DNA of 56,952 nt from Sarea resinae (lineage: Eukaryota): assembly GCA_026026165.1 (NCBI GenBank), contig JAPEUD010000029.1:186001-242952 (forward strand), in the 5' to 3' direction. The notes under the pieces are model-generated. The model was given only the letters and a program-made list of their open reading frames with translations, made no database searches and was not told where the DNA came from. How positions within the stretch are numbered: position 1 is the stretch's first letter; each line of letters starts with the position of its first letter. Positions 51,061 to 56,952 of the stretch are shown one piece after another. The translations under genes and the position numbers were made by a program.

Positions 51061-54000
51061 GATGAAGGGCTGTTGAAGGTAAATATTAGATTCGAGTAAG
51101 GTGAAGTAGGTGTAGCTTCGTTTGGTGCGAGGGACAGAAACGAAAGATTCTTAGAAGCCTATACTTGGTCCATGTCAGTAGGTATTCACTTGGTCTGCCT
51201 CAGGTAGACTGGGTCGCTACGCGAACCGACCTTGTTTCTGGCCGCGGACGCAGTGAAGCTCGAGGCTCACCAAGTAAGCGACTCGAACGTCCTTTTGCTT
51301 CAGAGCTTGTATTTCGATCAGAGTCGGGTCTTCCTTGAAGTGACGATGAGATTGAAGATGATCGGTGCTTTCCCCCAACGGTGGTGACACAACCGTGAAC
51401 GCTGCGTCAATGGATGCCGACCGGGTCCAAGCAAGAACCTTCGCTAGAAGGCTTGCCTTCTTTCACTTCAAAACACCGGATGGACAGCAAATTCGGGAGG
51501 GTTGGATGATCGGTCGAGATTGATACAATCGTCCAGAGAAGATGGAAGTGTCGAGATGTTTGATGCTTCGTGTTGCAGTCAACTGATTTGAGGGTGCCCC
51601 GGCCAACCCCTCCCTCCTTTTCCTCTCGCGTGCCGTGTTTCGTAAGCCGAACGAGCGAAGGCCTGGTCCGAACGTGAACTCAACGAGCGTGTAGAATAGT
51701 GGTGATCAATGAACGTGATGATGGCTGAAAGCCTCGATCGATGCCAAAAACGAGAGGAATGTCGTCGTCGAAGGCTGCGACGATTTCGACTGAGGTGGCA
51801 CTAAATTGAAGGTAGGTGAGTGATTACCTTGGGATGGATGGATGTGGATCAGACGTGAGAAGAGATGAGTGAGTAAGGCAGGTCAGGTAGGTAGTGAATA
51901 GTAGTAGGTAGTGGATGGTCGGTAAGGCAAGGAAGGACGACAAGTCGTCAACAGGGGCGAAGGAGGCGAGGTAGGTCGGCGTGGTGCCTGTCGGGTGGCA
52001 CAGCACCGGTCACCACCACCATGACCGCCCACCACATCAGGCGTCCTTTGTACCGCGTTCTTGCCGTGAATTGGCTTGGGACTCGTGAGCGGAGAGAGTA
52101 CCAAGGGCGAGAGGGAGAGCGAGTCGTAGTACCTGTGGAGGCCCGTCGGGATTGGCGGGCGAATGGGTACCGTCACCTCTTCTACGATGTGAGGCATGTG
52201 CCTCGTGCCTGACTGTTGACCCTGACTGCGGCATCCATCACGAAGTGTACCTGAATGCACAACGAGTACTATTACGAAGTATGTACGGGACTACTCCGAG
52301 TATTCCATAGTACCGTGCCAAGTGCGCAGATCCTAGGCCGGTTCCAGCCATGGCGCGTTCGAGGTGGATCCCGCCAGGAGCGCATGTGGAAGGAGAGCAA
52401 CCGACACCGAGGCCACGCCATCTCCCCCATTGGCCAGGTCTTTCAGGAACGGCCGTCTCGTCCCGAGAGCGGTTAGGCCCCCACCGCGCACGGAGTCAAT
52501 GAGCATACCGAGTACACAGAGTACGGAGTAGTAGGGTACCGTACCAACCGAGTGCTTCTGACACGCGTTGTGCCAGCTAGAGTAGAGTACCGTACCTCTC
52601 TCCTCGAGGGACTTGCGAGTACCTCGCACTCCAGAGTAGATACCCTCATCCTCACTGACTGCTATGGATTCTCCTCATCTTCTCATCCAAAACAACTTCT
52701 ATGTAGGTCGAAGTCTCGCAGAGGCCTGGAGGCGAGTAGCTTGCTCTACTCTAGAGCGTGGACGATTGTGTGGCCCTCATGGAACAATCGACTTTAGACT
52801 CTACCCCTTCTAGGGACTCCTAGAATGCTGTCCTTCGTATGAAGTACTGCGTCGAAATCGCGATCAAGTCCGACTAAATCTCGAAAATCACACACTACCG
52901 TCTCGAAGCAGGGAATTGTCCCTCTATTATTATTGTCTCTCCACAGTCTTCCGCTAGAGTAGAGTACGGAGTAGGTCGATGGGTCTACTCGTATCCATCG
53001 TCTCCCTACCTACTATGTAGGACTTTATATGGTGGATCTGGACGTCTCGCCAGCCACAGCCGTGGCGAAGTCTTCAATCATCTAGATCACCATACGATGA
53101 CAGCCAGCAGCAGGAATGAGATACTGTTCCGAGTTGTTCGCGACTTCTTCGATGCCTCTAGACCGAGGACCTCTCACATCTCGTGGATATGTACCTCCAC
53201 CCCCGATCTGAGTACAGTACTCTAAGGTACTAATCCACGAAGACTCAGGGGCCCGGAGTAGAAAGCCTTTCCTTTCCGCTTCTCCTTCCTACCTACCCCC
53301 TGAGCTCCTTCAAGCGAGCACACTACAGCGTACTCTCTAACCAGGTTTTGATCGGATCGAGCATCGAAGGGCCACAAGTAGAGTACTCTACTATCGGAGT
53401 ACGTAGTGCACTGGCAGCTGCATGCACGCAAGGACCACAAAGGACACACGTCTGCCGTTTACAGGGGACCTGTCAAAAACGCGCGTGCAAATTTGAGGTA
53501 ACGAGAGCAGGTAGGAGGGAAAGGCGCGGGATAATTTTCGCGGAAATCGATGCAGTAATCCTCTGGCCTGGGCTCAGCCGATCTATCTTTATTATACTCC
53601 GGAGTAAGAATAAATGCTCGCGAGGATCCCCGATGCTTACCTTCCTTAACTTCCTTATCTGCGGCACACACACGGCTTACAGTACTTTTACTCCCGAGTA
53701 CTGTCCCGCGCTTCTCAGATGACCTTTTCCGGCCGAGGATCACTTATTCTGTCCCAATTCGATTATCGTCAAAAGGCCCGCCATGCATCAAATCAGTCGC
53801 GCGCCAGAACGTCGGCAGGACAGAGCTGGCAGTCTTCCTCCTGCACTTCAAGCTATACATTTCAAGCCATATAAAGTAGTCGTAGGATGTCACAGCTTCT
53901 ATTTCATTGAGGCCTTGAAGGCAGTCTCTCTCGATGAATATTTCGACTGCTTCAGCCAACGTGAATCCACGTCTCCATCCTGTTTCTCTCGAAAAACTTG

Positions 54001-55479
54001 TGAAGGATACGTCAGCATTGAAGCCATAATATGGCGATACTGCAGAGACGCAAAGACCACGGCCTCTGTAACGGTCCTCGCGCCGATCTGGGGCTCTTCT
54101 GAGATTAGAGCCGAGCATTCGGGCGTCCGACGAGAATCAAATCAGAGCAGGAAGTCAAGAATCTATAAGACCTGATCTGATGAAGATGTGTATGGGTGAA
54201 AGTAGTTGAATTACTTTCTGGCGATCGCATTCCGTCATAGAGTCTGTCTAGCCCGTAGTAGACTCCGATGGCCCAGGCATGAATGATCAATGAAGGGCGA
54301 TGCCAATACTAGTACTAGAGCAGTCCTCAGATGGCGCAGGAGAAACAAAGTGAGGCTGATTTGCCTCTTGACCAACCTCTGAAGAAAAGGTAGAAAGACG
54401 GAGAGTAAAGTAATATAATCGGAAAACCGTTTCGGTCAATGCGCTGAATCTCAACTCAGGTAAATGCAGCCCGAAGGATCATAATTGAAGATCTGATGAG
54501 GGCCATACAAAGGGCCCACCGTTCCATGGGTCAGTCTCGATCACTCTTGATACCCAGACATTCTCGACACTCTCTGGACACCAAAGTCGCGCTTCCTTGA
54601 AGAGTAATCCCAACGGCCACCGTAATAGAAAATGTGCTTCGTACGTTCGTACCGTATGTATACTCCGTATCATGTATCTCCGAGACTGTATAGTTCCGAT
54701 ATCTCACCGGGTAAGAGTGCAAGCGAAATCAAAGGACTGCAATGGATGAAACGGCCGCCGCATCAGTACCTACCTACCATATGAATTAGGATTGAGACGT
54801 TTGAATCTTGATGGAGCTTCTGCCACACTCAAAGACACATCCAAGGTGACACAGAGGCTGACCGTCGATCTCAATTCACTTGGTGCTTCTTCAGGAGAAA
54901 TTCATTCATCTAGATTGTCATATCCGACTTTAAAACCAATCCTTATAAGCTTGAATTCAAGACGTTCGTGCCGCCCAAGAACATACGTGAAAACCGGCGC
55001 GGCCGGAGAAGAAAGACCGGGGAGAGAGGAAAGAAAGATATTTCGCTTCAGATATGGTCATACTCCCAAGAAAGGTCCAGAAAATTGAGAGCGCTCGGTA
55101 AGATCCGGTGCGTCGAAAAGTACAATCTCAGATACTTGAAGCCAATGGGTGAGGATTCAGGAATGCCGAGCTGGCGAGGAATGTGTTCTGCGGCAGGAAC
55201 GTTCTGATCATGCTCTGAGGAACCCTCTAATCTCCCATTTCCTCCTTCGATCCTTACAATCAATCATCTCCGGATAACGGAACCAAACATAGTCCAGATT
55301 CTCTTGATTCTATAGTTGATATACCCATATGCCTATATAGAAGAATTATGACGCTACCTAGATAAGATTGCTCATTGTGTTTGTCATAAGAGGAACACAG
55401 TATAGGAAGAATTGAATAGTAACCGAAAGAGATTACAGAAAAGACAATAATACAGAAATAGCAGTGAGAAGAAAGAATT

Positions 55480-56952
55480 CTATCTTGACAGACGCTTTCG
55501 CACGAGGTCCCGAATCTTCTTCGTGCTGAAGGCCCTGGTATAAATAGCGATTGAGACCCCAGACGTGCCACAAAGACCTCCACCGCTTGTACAAACGTTG
55601 CAATTGGACTGTACTATCTGTCCCTGACCACCGCTGCCAGCTACCAGAACCAAAGTGTTGCCACAATAACAAGAGGCCGATGAAGTAGTCAATGCAACGG
55701 TGCCAAAATAAGAGTAACCGCCCGCTGAACAAAGAGTTGTGCAATTTTGGTCATCATCGGTGGTAAATGAACCCCCGTAAACTGTGAGAGCTGTCCCGTT
55801 AGGAGTGGTACTGCTGTTGCCGGTCTGTGTGAAGCAGCCAACATAGGAGTATCCAACTCCAGTCGAGCCTGGCGCGCCAGTAGGACCTGCGGGACCAGAT
55901 GGACCTGTTGCGCCAGTAGGCCCCGATGGACCCGTCGACCCGTTGAACCCTTGAGGTCCAGAAGGTCCAGAAGGTCCTATTGCACCAGTAGGGCCAGAAG
56001 GACCTGAAGGCCCAGCTGATCCATTGAAACCTTGCGGTCCGGAGGGTCCAGAAGGTCCTACTGCACCAGTGGGCCCTGGGGGACCTGTCGCGCCAGTTGG
56101 CCCCGATGGACCCGTCGATCCGTTGAACCCCTGCGGCCCTGAGGGACCAGATGGGCCCGTCAAGCCGGTAGGCCCTATTGGACCTGTCGCGCCAGTTGGC
56201 CCCGATGGACCCGTCGATCCGTTGAACCCCTGCGGCCCTGAGGGACCAGATGGGCCCGTCAAGCCGGTAGGCCCTATTGGACCTGTCGCGCCAGTAGGCC
56301 CCGATGGACCCGTCGACCCGTTGAACCCTTGCGGCCCTGAGGGACCAGATGGGCCTGTCGCGCCAATAGGCCCCGATGGACCCGTCGACCCGTTGAACCC
56401 TTGCGGCCCTGAGGGACCAGATGGGCCTGTCAAGCCGGTAGGCCCTATTGGACCCGTCGCGCCGGTAGGCCCTATTGGACCTGTTGCGCCAGTTGGCCCC
56501 GATGGACCCGTCGACCCGTTGAACCCCTGCGGCCCTGAGGGACCAGATGGGCCTGTCAAGCCGGTAGGCCCTATTGGACCCGTCGCGCCGGTAGGCCCTA
56601 TTGGACCAGTTGCGCCAGTTGGCCCCGATGGACCCGTCGACCCGTTGAACCCCTGGGGTCCTGTTGGTCCCGACGGCCCTGTCGCTCCGGTTGGGCCTGA
56701 AGCTCCTGTTGCGCCCGTGGGTCCTGACAGTCCCAACGGTCCTGACGGTCCCGACGGCCCGCTAGGTCCTGTCGAACCGTTGAAGCCTTGTGGTCCAGAG
56801 GGCCCTGACGGTCCACTGGGTCCTGTGGCGCCTGTTGCTCCCGTAGGCCCCGACGGTCCTGTCGCTCCCGTGGGGCCCGAAGCTCCAGTTGCGCCCGTGG
56901 GCCCCGATGGCCCTGACGGTCCGCTGGGTCCTGTTGAACCGTTGAAGCCTTG
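55480..56952 (-). CDS. Collagen-like (Gly-X-Y)n protein with C-terminal WSC domain; 5' end lies beyond the window
   Basis: The frame is open from the window edge (56952) to the TAG at 55480, giving 490 aa in the window. About 121 consecutive G-X-Y triplets ([18 protein letters not shown]) are followed by a WSC-type Cys pattern (YSYVGCF...CTTLC...YSYFG...CYCGN...CNVC...LCG...IAIY) and a basic tail. Confidence 0.88.
   Translation of the reverse strand, partial: QGFNGSTGPSGPSGPSGPTGATGASGPTGATGPSGPTGATGATGPSGPSGPSGPQGFNGSTGPSGPSGPSGPLGLSGPTGATGASGPTGATGPSGPTGPQGFNGSTGPSGPTGATGPIGPTGATGPIGPTGLTGPSGPSGPQGFNGSTGPSGPTGATGPIGPTGATGPIGPTGLTGPSGPSGPQGFNGSTGPSGPIGATGPSGPSGPQGFNGSTGPSGPTGATGPIGPTGLTGPSGPSGPQGFNGSTGPSGPTGATGPIGPTGLTGPSGPSGPQGFNGSTGPSGPTGATGPPGPTGAVGPSGPSGPQGFNGSAGPSGPSGPTGAIGPSGPSGPQGFNGSTGPSGPTGATGPSGPAGPTGAPGSTGVGYSYVGCFTQTGNSSTTPNGTALTVYGGSFTTDDDQNCTTLCSAGGYSYFGTVALTTSSASCYCGNTLVLVAGSGGQGQIVQSNCNVCTSGGGLCGTSGVSIAIYTRAFSTKKIRDLVRKRLSR
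55861..56952 (-). repeat. Coding minisatellite array of the collagen-like gene (units of 72-126 bp in the central part, all multiples of 9 bp)
   Basis: The anchor CCGTTGAACCC (or a close variant) recurs with spacings of 126, 126, 72, 99, 99, 99 and 81 bp. The central units are nearly identical at the DNA level. Confidence 0.9.

Noticed and set aside
3497..55482. Stop-codon readthrough or cryptic PTS1 signals
   Set aside because: None of the reconstructed stops has the TGA-CTA leaky context, and no annotated C-terminus ends in an SKL-type motif.
55861..56952. Regularly spaced repeats considered as a CRISPR-like array
   Set aside because: The context is eukaryotic, there are no unique spacers, and the repeats are codon-phased parts of a Gly-X-Y ORF.

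Overview
Eukaryotic genomic DNA from a filamentous ascomycete (Pezizomycotina-like), judged from short GT-AG introns with CTRAC branch points and fungal-type protein sequences. I can reconstruct 16 protein-coding genes: a CP2/Grainyhead-like transcription factor, an oxysterol-binding protein, a metzincin peptidase with a jacalin-like C-terminus, a Whi5/Stb1-like regulator, NOP56, CCT6, a GH47 alpha-1,2-mannosidase, Ldb17/SPIN90, an ER TPR-DnaJ co-chaperone, HAUS1, an Slm1-like PH protein, threonyl-tRNA synthetase, GAR1, CHO1, a Wsc1-like sensor, and a 5'-truncated collagen-like gene. The most unusual element is the last one: at least 121 uninterrupted Gly-X-Y triplets with 10 periodic N-G-S sequons, fused to a C-terminal WSC carbohydrate-binding domain (a collectin-like architecture), next to the Wsc1-like sensor gene. 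Non-coding DNA shows a strongly over-represented TACGGAGTA 9-mer and AGGTA-based palindromes, Gcn4/CpcA-type sites at the ThrRS/GAR1 promoter, several candidate uORFs and UTR introns, and three possible orphan or decayed genes. I found no tRNA, rRNA, CRISPR or intact transposon. All identifications come from remembered motifs and manual splicing, not database searches.
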